From: Patescibacteria group bacterium
GTDB taxonomy: Bacteria; Patescibacteriota; Minisyncoccia; Minisyncoccales; Staskawiczbacteraceae
Length of the DNA stretch: 64,000 nt
NCBI GenBank assembly: GCA_038065715.1
Contig: JBBTQL010000004.1
Location: forward strand, 35,693-99,692
Direction: 5' to 3'
The translations under genes and the position numbers were made by a program. The notes beneath the pieces are model-generated. The model did no database searches, was not told the origin of the DNA, and worked only from the letters and a program-made list of their open reading frames with translations. Positions 1 through 9,329 of the stretch are shown here, in pieces; within the stretch, counting starts at the first letter, position 1, and every line of letters begins with the position of its first letter.

Positions 1-1
1 A

Positions 2-364
2 CCTAAAAAATTTAAAACGCAGGTTATACTAAAAAGAGATGAGTTTTTAAACCAAATTAAAACAGCATCTCTATTTTCTGGAAAAATCAACGAAGTAAAA
101 ATTACCATAAATGTTGAAAAAAAAGAAATAGAAATATTTGCTCAAAGCCCGGATCTTGGCGAAAATAAATCTATTATTATAGGAAAAATAGACGGAGAAT
201 CAATAGAAGCTTCTTTTAATCACAGGTTTTTAACAGATGGTCTATTAAATATAAAAAGCTCAGAAGTAATGTTTAATTTAAGCAAAGAAGAGGGGGCGTG
301 CATTTTAAGGCCGGTCGGCGACGCGAGTTATATTTATGTGGTAATGCCAATTAAATCAACATAG
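2..364 (+). CDS. dnaN: DNA polymerase III beta sliding clamp, C-terminal fragment (5' part outside window)
   Basis: Frame open from window edge to TAG 362-364. Translation ...IEASFNHRFLTDGLLNIKSSEVMFNLSKEEGACILRPVGDASYIYVVMPIKST resembles the conserved beta-clamp domain III ending. Confidence 0.7.
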   Translation, partial: PKKFKTQVILKRDEFLNQIKTASLFSGKINEVKITINVEKKEIEIFAQSPDLGENKSIIIGKIDGESIEASFNHRFLTDGLLNIKSSEVMFNLSKEEGACILRPVGDASYIYVVMPIKST

Positions 365-367
365 GTT

Positions 368-2497
368 TTATCTTCCGGCAGCCAGCCAATTATTAATTCC
401 TTGTTGCCAATAATTATATTGCGCGTCTGTGTTTGGATTTTGTGGAGGAGGGCCCAAAGGATCATCTTTATTTATATAATATAAAATAGTGTTAGTGTCA
501 TTAGAATTTAACTGGCCCAATAAAACAGGGCTTTTATTTATTATATTGTCTGGCGGATTAAAATTTTCAACAGCATGATTTTTAATTATTTTTTCTATAA
601 CTTTTCTCCATATTGGAGCCGCTAATCCAACGCCAACATCTTTTGTTGGAGAATTATCGCTGTTTCCAACCCACACCCCCACAACCGTGAAGGGAGAATA
701 TCCCATTGTCCAGCCGTCTTTTAAATTTGATGTCGTTCCTGTTTTAGCCGCAACCTGATAGTCTGGAAAATAAAGAGCGGAATTTGCGCCGAAAACAGGC
801 GCCCTTAAATTATTGTCTGATAAAATATTATTTATTTGCCTTGCGGTCTGCGTGTCTAAAACCTTAGTAGATTGTTTGTTTTTTTGTTCAATAATATTGC
901 CGCCGCTGTCTTCTATTTTTAATATACTAGACGGAGAGGTCAGTAAACCTTCTGTCGCAAAAACACCATAAGCAGAGGTTAATTCTAATAAATTTACTTC
1001 TCCTCCGCCCAACACCAAGGATAAGCCATAACGATCCGGATTATTTAAAGTTGTCATTCCAAAATCTTGCGCTGTTTTTAAAGCGTCTTTAAGCCCCGAC
1101 AAATATAATAATTTTACCGATGGAAGGTTTAAAGATTGCGCTAAAGATTGCCTTATAGTAACCTTTCCTCTATAAGCGCCGTCATAATTTTGAGGATGAT
1201 AACATTCTAACCCATACATGTCTTTTTGCTGGCCTCCGTTAGGGCTGCAATTAGGGTTAAATTCAGTTTTTGCGTCCCATAACACTGTATCTGGGGTAAA
1301 ACCTTTTTTAAGCGCTGTAGCATAAACAAATGGCTTAAACGATGATCCTGGCTGTCTTTGCCCCATAGTTGCCACATCATATTTTGGATCAAATAAACAA
1401 CTTCCTGCGGGCTTTTCATCACATCCTGAAGGATAGGGTTTTTCAAAATAATTTTTTGATCCAATTAGCGCTAAAATTTCGCCGGTTTTTGGGTCAAGAA
1501 CCACCACGGCTGCATTATTCGCCCCGCGGCTTTTATTTGTTTTTTCTGCGTCTTTTAAAATTTTCTCTGCATATTGCTGAATATCCCAGTCTATCGTTGT
1601 ATAAACCCTTAATCCTTTTTCCTTTAAAAAATCTTCGCCGTATTTTTTATTTAAATATTTTTGTACATACATTACAAAATGCGGAGCTTTTATATTTGTT
1701 CTGTCTTCTGAAAAAACTATTTTTTCTGCCTTTGATTTTTCCATTTGGTCTTTTGTTATATACCCCGCTTTCTGTACTTTTTCTAAAACATAATCTTTTC
1801 TTTTTAAAAGTTCGTTTTTATTAGAACCGTATGGAGAAAGATAACTTGGAGCCGGAAGCAGCGCCGTTAAAGTTGCGGCCTCTGCCACAGAAATATCAGA
1901 CGCCGGCTTATTAAAATATGTTTGGCTGGCAGACTCAACCCCATAAGTATTTTGTCCGAAAGGAACTGCGTTTAAATACCAATTAAAAATTTGGTCTTTT
2001 GAATATTTTCTTTCTAATTCTATGCTTAAAACAATTTCCCTGACTTTTCTTGATATGCTTTTTTGGCCAGTTAAATAAACAGACCTTATTAGTTGCTGGG
2101 TTATTGTAGATCCGCCCTGGCTGGCAGATTGCAGTTTTAAGTCAATTAGTATGGCTCTGAATATTCCTTCAAAATCTATTCCGCCATGCTGGTAAAACCT
2201 TGCATCCTCTGAAGCTAAAACGGCATGTTTTAAATTATCTGAGATTTTATCAAACGCAACAATTTCCCTTTTTTCTTCGCCATAAATATCATATAAAAGA
2301 ACCTTTCCTGTCCTGTCATAAATTTTAGTGGATTGTATAAATGGAGTTTCAGTGAATTTTTCGGGCTGGGGCAGATTATAAGTGTAATAAAAAAACAGCA
2401 ATAAAATAAAACCTAAGAAAGCCAAAAACAAATAAGACAGGTATTCCCCTATCTTAATTACTATTTTTAATCTTTTATCTTTAATATTTTTAAACAT
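368..2497 (-). CDS. Class A penicillin-binding protein (glycosyltransferase GT51 + transpeptidase)
   Basis: 709 aa with an N-terminal TM helix. GT51 motifs EDARFYQHGGID and GSTITQQL; transpeptidase motifs SSFKP (SxxK) and KTGTT (KTG). Confidence 0.9.
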   Translation of the reverse strand: MFKNIKDKRLKIVIKIGEYLSYLFLAFLGFILLLFFYYTYNLPQPEKFTETPFIQSTKIYDRTGKVLLYDIYGEEKREIVAFDKISDNLKHAVLASEDARFYQHGGIDFEGIFRAILIDLKLQSASQGGSTITQQLIRSVYLTGQKSISRKVREIVLSIELERKYSKDQIFNWYLNAVPFGQNTYGVESASQTYFNKPASDISVAEAATLTALLPAPSYLSPYGSNKNELLKRKDYVLEKVQKAGYITKDQMEKSKAEKIVFSEDRTNIKAPHFVMYVQKYLNKKYGEDFLKEKGLRVYTTIDWDIQQYAEKILKDAEKTNKSRGANNAAVVVLDPKTGEILALIGSKNYFEKPYPSGCDEKPAGSCLFDPKYDVATMGQRQPGSSFKPFVYATALKKGFTPDTVLWDAKTEFNPNCSPNGGQQKDMYGLECYHPQNYDGAYRGKVTIRQSLAQSLNLPSVKLLYLSGLKDALKTAQDFGMTTLNNPDRYGLSLVLGGGEVNLLELTSAYGVFATEGLLTSPSSILKIEDSGGNIIEQKNKQSTKVLDTQTARQINNILSDNNLRAPVFGANSALYFPDYQVAAKTGTTSNLKDGWTMGYSPFTVVGVWVGNSDNSPTKDVGVGLAAPIWRKVIEKIIKNHAVENFNPPDNIINKSPVLLGQLNSNDTNTILYYINKDDPLGPPPQNPNTDAQYNYWQQGINNWLAAGR

Positions 2498-2556
2498 ATA
2501 TTTTTGAATATAATTTAAGAATATAATACCACAAAACCCCTATTTTTACAAAAAAC

Positions 2557-2587
2557 AAAAACTCCGCTTAAATTCCACGGAGTTTTT
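2557..2587 (-). terminator. Intrinsic terminator-like hairpin between two minus-strand genes
   Basis: AAAAACTCCG / CGGAGTTTTT 10-bp stem with A/T runs on both sides. Confidence 0.6.
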
Positions 2588-2602
2588 GTTTTGTTGTTGT
2601 TA

Positions 2603-2788
2603 TTATTCTTCTTCCTCTACCATTGTATCATCATCGTCGTCAACCACTTCTTCGGCTTTTTCATCGTCGCCGTCATCATCCCAATTATCTTCATCAAAGT
2701 CATCTTCTTGATTTATAAGCCTATTTAAAAATTCTTCTTCCATTTTTTTTATTTTTTTAATTCTATTGTCCTTATTATATTTTTTCAT
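2603..2788 (-). CDS. Small highly acidic hypothetical protein
   Basis: 61-aa ORF with a D/E-rich C-terminal half, located upstream of the PBP gene. No recognisable family. Confidence 0.4.
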   Translation of the reverse strand: MKKYNKDNRIKKIKKMEEEFLNRLINQEDDFDEDNWDDDGDDEKAEEVVDDDDDTMVEEEE

Positions 2789-2833
2789 AAACTATTGTCA
2801 ACCCCGTTAAAAGCCTACTCTGTGGAAAACTTT

Positions 2834-3331
2834 TTAAGTCCAATAATTTTTTAACGAAGCGCAAATAGCCAGCCCCAAAGCATCAAAAGCATCGTCCTTT
2901 TTTCTATTGTTTTTTTTAAAATCAAACCCGTTTAAATCCAATGTTTTTTTTAGCATCTCTTGCATTTGTTTTTTTTCTGCCCTGCCATACCCAGTGATAG
3001 CCATTTTCACTTGCAAAGGAGTAAATTCTACAACTGGCAATTTTTTTTCTTCAGCCGCAAGCAGTATTACTCCCTTTGTTTGGCTTACGGGAATTGCTGT
3101 TTTTAAATTTTTAAAGAAAAATAAATTTTCAACAGCCATTATTTCAGGTTTATGCTTTGCAATCAGTTTTTCTGTTTCTTTGTATATTTTTTTTAATCTT
3201 TCTCCAGTGGTTGCAAACTGCTCTGTTATTATGCATCCAAAATCAATAACCTCAACGCGGCAGTCTTTATGCTTTTTGATAATAGAATAGCCAACCACCA
3301 CAGACCCCGGATCTATGCCTAAGATTATCAT
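2834..3331 (-). CDS. ruvC: Holliday junction resolvase RuvC
   Basis: 165 aa. N-terminal ILGIDPGSVVVGYSII RNase H-fold motif; C-terminal DAFDALGLAIC. Confidence 0.9.
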   Translation of the reverse strand: MIILGIDPGSVVVGYSIIKKHKDCRVEVIDFGCIITEQFATTGERLKKIYKETEKLIAKHKPEIMAVENLFFFKNLKTAIPVSQTKGVILLAAEEKKLPVVEFTPLQVKMAITGYGRAEKKQMQEMLKKTLDLNGFDFKKNNRKKDDAFDALGLAICASLKNYWT

Positions 3332-4057
3332 TTAGTTTTTTAGGTTAGAGTAAATATCGTTTACTGCATCGTTTTCGTCTAAGGCTTCAAAGAGTTTTTG
3401 CGCTTGTTGTTTTTCTTTTTCTGAAATTTCAACTTCTTCTTTAGCAACATAATCCAAAGACGCAGATTCAATTTTAATCCCCTTTTCTTCTAAGGATTTT
3501 TTTACGCTATCTAAATCTTCTATTTTTGTATAAATTTCAAGTTCGTCTCCGCGCCACTTTACATCATCTGCGCCAGCTTCTATGGCTAAAAGCTCCAGTT
3601 CTTCTTTTGTTTTATTGTTTCCGCTAACAGATATAGCTCCTTTTCTCTCAAACATCCATCTCACAGCTCCTTCGCCTGCCATTTTTCCGTTATTTTGGTT
3701 TAAAATAGATTTTATTTCTCCCAAAGTCCTGTTTGTATTGTCTGTAATGCCGTTAATTATTAAAGCGATTCCTCCTGGCCCAAATCCCTCAAAAGACACC
3801 TCTTCTAAAGTTTCTCCTGCCAATTCTCCGGTACCTTTTTTAATTGCCCGTTCAATATTTTCTTTGGGCATATTCATATTTTTAGCCTGTTCTATCACAG
3901 CCTTAAGTTTGGCGTTTTTAAATGGGTCTCCCGATCCCCCTCCTTCTTTGACGGCTATTGTAATTAACCGGCCATATTTAGAATATATTTTTCCTTTTTT
4001 GGCATCATTGGCCATCTTTGTGGCCATAATTGTTTTTGCATGACTATGTCCCGACAT
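3332..4057 (-). CDS. yebC: YebC/PmpR family DNA-binding regulator
   Basis: 241 aa. N-terminus MSGHSHAKTIMATKMANDAKKGKIYSK is typical of the YebC family; abuts ruvC. Confidence 0.9.
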   Translation of the reverse strand: MSGHSHAKTIMATKMANDAKKGKIYSKYGRLITIAVKEGGGSGDPFKNAKLKAVIEQAKNMNMPKENIERAIKKGTGELAGETLEEVSFEGFGPGGIALIINGITDNTNRTLGEIKSILNQNNGKMAGEGAVRWMFERKGAISVSGNNKTKEELELLAIEAGADDVKWRGDELEIYTKIEDLDSVKKSLEEKGIKIESASLDYVAKEEVEISEKEKQQAQKLFEALDENDAVNDIYSNLKN

Positions 4058-5057
4058 ATTTTTTAAAAAGTTTTAATTTAATTAATAATACAATTGCGGC
4101 TGAAATTATAGTTATAATTAAGGCTGTTAAAAATAAAAACCAAGGATTTGCCCCGCTAAAACTTTCGTTGGCAGTTTGGCTTATTGCGTCATTAATGCTT
4201 GCTGTTTTTAAATTTTCATCAACTTTATTACTATTACCAGATTTTTTAGAATTAGACAATATCTCTAAAACAATAATATTTGCAGTTCCCGGGGTAAGGG
4301 TCTTACTCCATTGCCAGCCTGCCTGCGCGGGCAGGCCATTATTCGTTTTATTGTAAGATTGGCCGAGAGGCGCCTTTGTGAGAGAAACTAAATCAATGGT
4401 TTTGCCATCGGGAGTTAACAAATTTAAGCCGTCCCCATCATTGTTCAGTATTATTTTAGTGTCTTGTCTTTTAAAAACTAAATATCCATTGGCAGATATT
4501 TTTACCTGCCTGCCTTCAGGCAGGTATTTAGAAATTGTAAAAGCCGTAATTGTGCCTGCTGTATCTTTTATTTGCCAGTTTGATAAATCAACTTCAAAGT
4601 TATTTGCGTTATATAATTCAATCCATTCGTTTGTTTCGTCTGCGCCTTCTGGTGAAGGCAAAATCTCATTTATAAAAATTCCGCTCGGATAAATTATCGC
4701 GCGTGTTGCCTCTGTCGTGTTTTGTGTATTTAAATTTTGAGAATTAGGATTTGTTTCGGATTTAGAATTTTGAATTTCGGATTTTTCGCCTACATAGGCG
4801 AGCCCCTGGTCTTTTATTTTTTGTAAAGTTTTTTCTCCTATTCCTTTAACTTTTATCAAATCGTCAACAGATAAAAATGGTCTTGCCTCTATTATTCTTT
4901 GCGCCAATACCGGCCCTATGCCAATTATCTCATCTAATTGCGCCAATGAGGCGGTATTTATTTCCACCTTATCTGCCCGCGCAGACAGGTCTGCCGCCAA
5001 AATAAGAGGCGGGCAAAAAGAAAAAACTAATAAAAAAATAATAAATATATTTTTCAC
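4044..5057 (-). CDS. Secreted/anchored ComEA-like helix-hairpin-helix plus lamin-tail-domain protein
   Basis: Signal-like N-terminus. HhH repeats (LAQLDEIIGIGPVLAQRII, VKGIGEKTLQKIK), LTD-like INEILPSPEGADETNEWIELYNANNFEVDLSNWQIKD, and a C-terminal TM helix. Confidence 0.7.
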   Translation of the reverse strand: MKNIFIIFLLVFSFCPPLILAADLSARADKVEINTASLAQLDEIIGIGPVLAQRIIEARPFLSVDDLIKVKGIGEKTLQKIKDQGLAYVGEKSEIQNSKSETNPNSQNLNTQNTTEATRAIIYPSGIFINEILPSPEGADETNEWIELYNANNFEVDLSNWQIKDTAGTITAFTISKYLPEGRQVKISANGYLVFKRQDTKIILNNDGDGLNLLTPDGKTIDLVSLTKAPLGQSYNKTNNGLPAQAGWQWSKTLTPGTANIIVLEILSNSKKSGNSNKVDENLKTASINDAISQTANESFSGANPWFLFLTALIITIISAAIVLLIKLKLFKKYVGT

Positions 5058-5070
5058 AATTCAGGCATGC

Positions 5071-6084
5071 TTAAATTAATGGACTTTGATTGTTCTTTGG
5101 TTTAAGCCCAAAATGTTCATAGGCAAGTTTTGAGGCGACTCTGCCCTTTGGAGTTCTTTCAATAAAACCGCATTGCATCAAATAGGGTTCGTAAATATCT
5201 AAAATAGAATCTTCTTCTTCCATGGCAGCAGCCGACAAAGATTGAAGCCCCACTGGACCGCCGTTAAATTTTTCTATCAAAGCTTTTAATATAGATCTGT
5301 CGCTGGAATCTAACCCCATTTTATCCACTTCTAAAGAATTTAGCGCATCATTTGCAATTTCTTTTGTGATAAATCCATCACTTTTAACTTCTGCAAAATC
5401 TCTAACTCTTTTAAAAAGTCGGTTGGCAACCCTTGGAGTAAAACGAGACCTCTTTGCTATAATTTTTACGGCTTCTGGCTCAATCCCCACATTTAAAATT
5501 TTTCCTGACCTTTCAATTATTTTTTCAATATCTTCATTTGAGTAAAAATTTAATTGAAAAGTCGCGCCAAAGCGATTTCTTAAGGGCGAGGACAAAAGCC
5601 CGGGCCTTGTTGTGGCTCCAATCATTGTAAAATGAGGCAACTTTAATTCCATTGTTCTTGCCATAGGTCCTTTGCCTAAAATTAAATTAAGCTTGTACTC
5701 TTCCATGGCAGGATATAAATATTCTTCAACCGTTTTATTTATTCTATGTATTTCATCTAAAAACAAAACATCGCCTTCTGATAAATTAGTTAGAATTGCC
5801 GCCAAATCTCCGGCTCTTTCTACGGCAGGGCCCGAAGTCACCCTAATGGACTTGCCCATTTCATTGGCAACTAAATATGCCAGCGTGGTTTTTCCTAATC
5901 CAGAGTTCCCATAAAATAATAAATGGTCAGGCGACTGGCTTCTTTTTTTTGCCGCTGTTATTATTATCCTGATATTTTCTTTGATTTTTTCCTGGCCCAC
6001 ATACTCTTGCCAGTTTTTTGGTCGCAAAGCAGAATCCAGCGCGTTATCGTCATTGTTTATTTTTTCTGGTAAAACTCTTGACAT
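5071..6084 (-). CDS. ruvB: Holliday junction branch migration helicase RuvB
   Basis: 337 aa. Walker A GNSGLGKTTLA and Walker B LFLDEIHR; full-length RuvB-like organisation. Confidence 0.95.
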   Translation of the reverse strand: MSRVLPEKINNDDNALDSALRPKNWQEYVGQEKIKENIRIIITAAKKRSQSPDHLLFYGNSGLGKTTLAYLVANEMGKSIRVTSGPAVERAGDLAAILTNLSEGDVLFLDEIHRINKTVEEYLYPAMEEYKLNLILGKGPMARTMELKLPHFTMIGATTRPGLLSSPLRNRFGATFQLNFYSNEDIEKIIERSGKILNVGIEPEAVKIIAKRSRFTPRVANRLFKRVRDFAEVKSDGFITKEIANDALNSLEVDKMGLDSSDRSILKALIEKFNGGPVGLQSLSAAAMEEEDSILDIYEPYLMQCGFIERTPKGRVASKLAYEHFGLKPKNNQSPLI

Positions 6085-6169
6085 AAGCTTTATAAGGTGA
6101 TATAATTAAATTTATTGACGCCTACAATTTATTATAACAAATTTGTTCGTATTATTTATAGGTTTTGCT

Positions 6170-6306
6170 AAAACAGCTCTGGAGTTGGAGGTTTTATATG
6201 GGTTTGTCTCAGTTTCCGGGTAATCTTGCTCCGGCTCGATTATTCCTCAGACAAACTTTTACTTATGTCCCAGACATAAAGACACCTCCAACTCCAGAGC
6301 TGTTTT
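6170..6306 (+). other. 137-nt element closed by a perfect 23-bp inverted repeat (structured RNA or MITE-like element)
   Basis: AAAACAGCTCTGGAGTTGGAGGT (6170-6192) is the exact reverse complement of 6284-6306. Two internal hairpins (GTTTGTCT..AGACAAAC and TATGTC-CCA-GACATA). Confidence 0.55.
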
Positions 6307-6343
6307 CCCCCGTTTCTAGTTCTTTGTTTTTAGGAGAAACGCC

Positions 6344-6520
6344 ATGAGAAAAATATGTATTATCGGGCATTCCATTTCCTGGGTGGCAGTTGTTCTATAT
6401 ATACTTGCTTGCACTTTTGCACCAGAGTTGGCCGGAAAGCACAACTGGGCAGCAATACTGTCTTTCGCCGCTCTTGGGATGTTCTCTTTTCTCCACTTCT
6501 CAGTTGTTGATGCTAAATAA
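6344..6520 (+). CDS. Small hydrophobic two-TM protein (58 aa), below ORF-track cutoff
   Basis: AGGAGA at 6333-6338 lies 5 nt before ATG 6344. Sequence MRKICIIGHSISWVAVVLYILACTFAPELAGKHNWAAILSFAALGMFSFLHFSVVDAK, followed by a terminator hairpin. Confidence 0.55.
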   Translation: MRKICIIGHSISWVAVVLYILACTFAPELAGKHNWAAILSFAALGMFSFLHFSVVDAK

Positions 6521-6538
6521 ACATTCAACAACCTCACA

Positions 6539-6578
6539 AAAGTCCTAGTAGGCTTCGCCCAACGGACTTTATTTTTTT
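6539..6578 (+). terminator. Intrinsic terminator (convergent gene pair)
   Basis: AAAGTCC...GGACTTT stem with an inner GGC-TTC-GCC hairpin, followed by ATTTTTTT. Confidence 0.6.
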
Positions 6579-6581
6579 AAA

Positions 6582-7913
6582 CTAACCAGCTGGCTGCTCT
6601 TCGTCTTCCTCGACAACCCTCAAAACTTCTTCTAATGTTGTATCTCCTAAAACAACATCAATTAAACCCGACTGGTACATTGTGACCATCCCCTTTTTGA
6701 TGGCTAATTCCCTAATTGATGAAACTGGAGGATTAGTTAAAATAAATTTTTCCATTTGCGAGTCTACTAAAAATACTTCAAATAATCCCTGCCTTCCTTT
6801 ATATCCTGTAAAGTTGCAAGCCTCGCACCCTTTTTCTTTTGTTTTTGCAATTTGTATTTTATTTAAATCAGGAAGGATAATATCGTTGGGCAGATTTTTT
6901 AACCCTTTTTTTATTTCAGATAATTCGCTTGCAGTCGGCTTTGCAAGGGTTGAGCATTTTTTGCATACTTTTCTTACCAATCTTTGGGCTACTGTCATTT
7001 TTAATCCTGATGCGATTGATGACGGTTCTGTGCCTAGGTCCACAAGCCTTGGAATGGTGCCAGCAGCGTCATTAGTATGTAAAGTTGATAATACCAAGTG
7101 GCCAGTTAAAGCCGCTTGCAGGGCTATTTTAGCGGTTTCAAGGTCTCTAATTTCACCAACCAATATAACATCGGGGTCTTGCCTTACTATTGACCTTAGC
7201 CCGTCTGAAAAGTCATATCCTTTTTCTGGAGCCACTTGTGTTTGAGAAACGCCTTTTAAGTGATATTCAATCGGGTCCTCAATTGTGATAATTTTAATTT
7301 CTGGATTTTGAATCTTCATTAAAAAAGCGTAAAGAGTAGTTGTTTTTCCAGAACCCGTAGGACCTGTAACAATTATCATTCCATTGGGCTTTTCAATTTC
7401 TTTTTGAAAAATTTTATATAAATCTTTTCTTAATCCTAAAGAATCTAACCCAATTAAATTTTTTGGATTTAAAATTCTCATTACAATTGATTCGCCATAT
7501 TCAGCCGGCAGGCTGGAAGTTCTTATTTCTATTAATGAGTCCTCAATTTCTATGGTAAACCTTCCGTCTTGCGGCTTATCTGTGATATTTAATTTAAGCC
7601 TAGAGAGAAGCTTTAATCTGGAAATTAAGCTGTGATATATTTTTTCGTCAAAAAAAACAACGTCCTGTAAGACGCCGTCTAACCTTATTCTTAACCTTGA
7701 GTTATTTTCCTGCGGCTCTATATGTATATCAGAAGTATCAAGCGCTATGGCTCCAAACAAAATAACATCTAAAAGATTTGTGGTATTTTGCGTTATGTAT
7801 TCTTCTATCTTTGCTTTAAAATTGGAAATACTTTTAACATCTTTTTTTACTTCAACTATAACATCTTTTGAAATAGCTACGGTTCCTAATAATTTTTTCT
7901 TTGTTTCATTCAT
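6582..7913 (-). CDS. Type II/IV secretion / type IV pilus assembly ATPase (GspE/PilB family)
   Basis: 443 aa. Walker A GPTGSGKTTT, Asp box LVGEIRD, His box TGHLVLSTLHTN, and a tetracysteine motif CKKC...CEAC. Confidence 0.9.
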   Translation of the reverse strand: MNETKKKLLGTVAISKDVIVEVKKDVKSISNFKAKIEEYITQNTTNLLDVILFGAIALDTSDIHIEPQENNSRLRIRLDGVLQDVVFFDEKIYHSLISRLKLLSRLKLNITDKPQDGRFTIEIEDSLIEIRTSSLPAEYGESIVMRILNPKNLIGLDSLGLRKDLYKIFQKEIEKPNGMIIVTGPTGSGKTTTLYAFLMKIQNPEIKIITIEDPIEYHLKGVSQTQVAPEKGYDFSDGLRSIVRQDPDVILVGEIRDLETAKIALQAALTGHLVLSTLHTNDAAGTIPRLVDLGTEPSSIASGLKMTVAQRLVRKVCKKCSTLAKPTASELSEIKKGLKNLPNDIILPDLNKIQIAKTKEKGCEACNFTGYKGRQGLFEVFLVDSQMEKFILTNPPVSSIRELAIKKGMVTMYQSGLIDVVLGDTTLEEVLRVVEEDEEQPAG

Positions 7914-8748
7914 TTTTATTAAAAATATTATTTTTTATTTCTTTTAAGTCGGCTCCCGTTTTCATTAAAAGCCCGGCAGTTTCAAAAATTTCCTGCGTTG
8001 TTTTTGAATTTCCAAAATTTTCTGTGTAAATTGCCAGTCCTGCCAAAAAGCAGTTGGCAGCCTGTTTTTTTACCCCGTTAGAAAGCCCATCTTTTGAGGG
8101 TTCCTTATTGGATGGGTCGTATGGCCCCGGTTGCTCAAGCTTTCTATCGGGGTTTACAAGATTTAACGCCATCTCTGACAAAGAATAATCTCTTATTATG
8201 TTTATTCTACCAAAGTTTTGGTTTTTTGTCCCGACTTCGTCGAGGATGCTCGATGGCGAAGCCATCGGCACACTTTCACTATCTATATTTAAAATAAGAG
8301 AATCCAGTAAAAACCCATAAGAGTTAAGCTTGCCAGCCAATTCAGTTTTAAAATCTTTTATTCCTAAAGTTATTGTAAGGTCTGGTTTTGTTTCTGAAAA
8401 ATAAAATAAGAGGTTTTCTTTTTTTATATTTCCCCTGTCAATCATTAAATGAATTTTTAATCCTTCTTCATTTTTTTCGTAGTAAACCTGCGAGATTTCA
8501 GCTGTTTTTTGAGGAATTGAAATCACAAAGTTTTTTGGATATGAAATATGGCCTAAGCTAGGCAATAAAAATCGAAATTTTTCTGGAAATTCTTCTATTA
8601 TTAAGTTTACATTTTTATTTAATTCTTTTAAAGTATAAAAAAGAGCCAAAGCAACTGGAATGCTTTCGCCATTTGGGTTATCATTTGGAATAATGCAGAT
8701 ATTTTTTGCTTCAGAAATTAATTGCTTTGCTTCTTGCGGTATTTCCAT
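7906..8748 (-). CDS. Hypothetical protein with a degenerate DHH/NrnA-like N-terminal region
   Basis: 280 aa. ICIIPNDNPNGESIPVALALFYTLKELNKNV resembles the DHH motif region, but the catalytic His/Asp are replaced. Carries GC-rich insert A1. Confidence 0.45.
   Translation of the reverse strand: MEIPQEAKQLISEAKNICIIPNDNPNGESIPVALALFYTLKELNKNVNLIIEEFPEKFRFLLPSLGHISYPKNFVISIPQKTAEISQVYYEKNEEGLKIHLMIDRGNIKKENLLFYFSETKPDLTITLGIKDFKTELAGKLNSYGFLLDSLILNIDSESVPMASPSSILDEVGTKNQNFGRINIIRDYSLSEMALNLVNPDRKLEQPGPYDPSNKEPSKDGLSNGVKKQAANCFLAGLAIYTENFGNSKTTQEIFETAGLLMKTGADLKEIKNNIFNKNE
8228..8271. repeat. GC-rich palindromic insert family A, copy A1 (in frame in CDS 7906-8748)
   Basis: GTCCCGACTTCGTCGAGGATGCTCGATGGCGAAGCCATCGGCAC encodes ..PMASPSSILDEVG.. 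on the minus strand. Related to copies at 21287, 41150 and 61452. Confidence 0.75.
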
Positions 8749-8805
8749 AAAATTTAAGATTTAATATACCCTATTCGATTTTAAAAAATAAGTCAATTGT
8801 GGATT

Positions 8806-9312
8806 ATGAGAAATAAAATTATAACAAAAAGTTTTAAAGAAACTCAAAAAATTGGCGAGAAATTGGCAGATGAAATTTTGAAATTACTGCCGCAAAAAAG
8901 CGCAATAATTTTAGGTTTGAACGGAAACCTTGGGGGAGGCAAAACAACCTTCTTGCAAGGTTTTGCAAAAGGGCTGGGAATTAAAGAAAAAATATTAAGC
9001 CCCACCTTTGTAATTTACAAAAAGTTTATTATTTCACCAATACTTATAAATAAGCGTACGCAGAATTTGGAGTATCGCCAATTTTATCACTTTGATTGCT
9101 ATCGCATAAAAAATTACAAAGACTTTTTGGCGATAGGATTTTCCGCCCAAGGCGGACCAGCCTCGGGCTGGAAAGAAATAATTTCAAACCCAAAAAATAT
9201 TGTGGCAATTGAATGGCCAGAAAAAATTAAAAAGATTTTTCCAAAAACTGCCGTAAAGATAAATTTTAAATTTATCAACGAAAGCGCAAGAGAGTTGACA
9301 ATTAATAAATAA
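8806..9312 (+). CDS. tsaE: tRNA t6A biosynthesis ATPase TsaE
   Basis: P-loop GNLGGGKTTFLQGFAKGLGI, SPTF and YHFDCYRI motifs. ATG 8806 preferred over the TTG at 8797 in the track. Confidence 0.85.
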   Translation: MRNKIITKSFKETQKIGEKLADEILKLLPQKSAIILGLNGNLGGGKTTFLQGFAKGLGIKEKILSPTFVIYKKFIISPILINKRTQNLEYRQFYHFDCYRIKNYKDFLAIGFSAQGGPASGWKEIISNPKNIVAIEWPEKIKKIFPKTAVKINFKFINESARELTINK

Positions 9313-9323
9313 TATGATAAACT
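9295..9323 (+). promoter_or_regulatory. Sigma-70-like promoter with TG-extended -10
   Basis: TTGACA, 17-nt spacer ending AATATGA, then TAAACT. The same architecture occurs at the DGR target, csrA and other promoters in this window. Confidence 0.55.
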
Positions 9324-9329
9324 CTAAAT

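Noticed and set aside
1-364. Replication origin next to dnaN, or at the strand switch near 8750-8800.
   Set aside because: There is no intergenic space with DnaA-box clusters visible in the window. The divergent gap at 8749-8805 is only about 55 nt.
6165-6537. Track ORFs 6165-6347 (plus) and 6316-6537 (minus).
   Set aside because: The first is simply the translation of the 23-bp-stem inverted repeat element. The second is antisense to a better-supported 58-codon ORF that has an RBS and a terminator.
8228-8271. GC-rich in-frame inserts as inteins, introns or assembly chimeras.
   Set aside because: At 14-65 nt they are far too short for inteins or self-splicing introns. They recur as sequence families in both orientations and always preserve the reading frame, which argues for real, selected insertions. 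Read-level confirmation is still needed.
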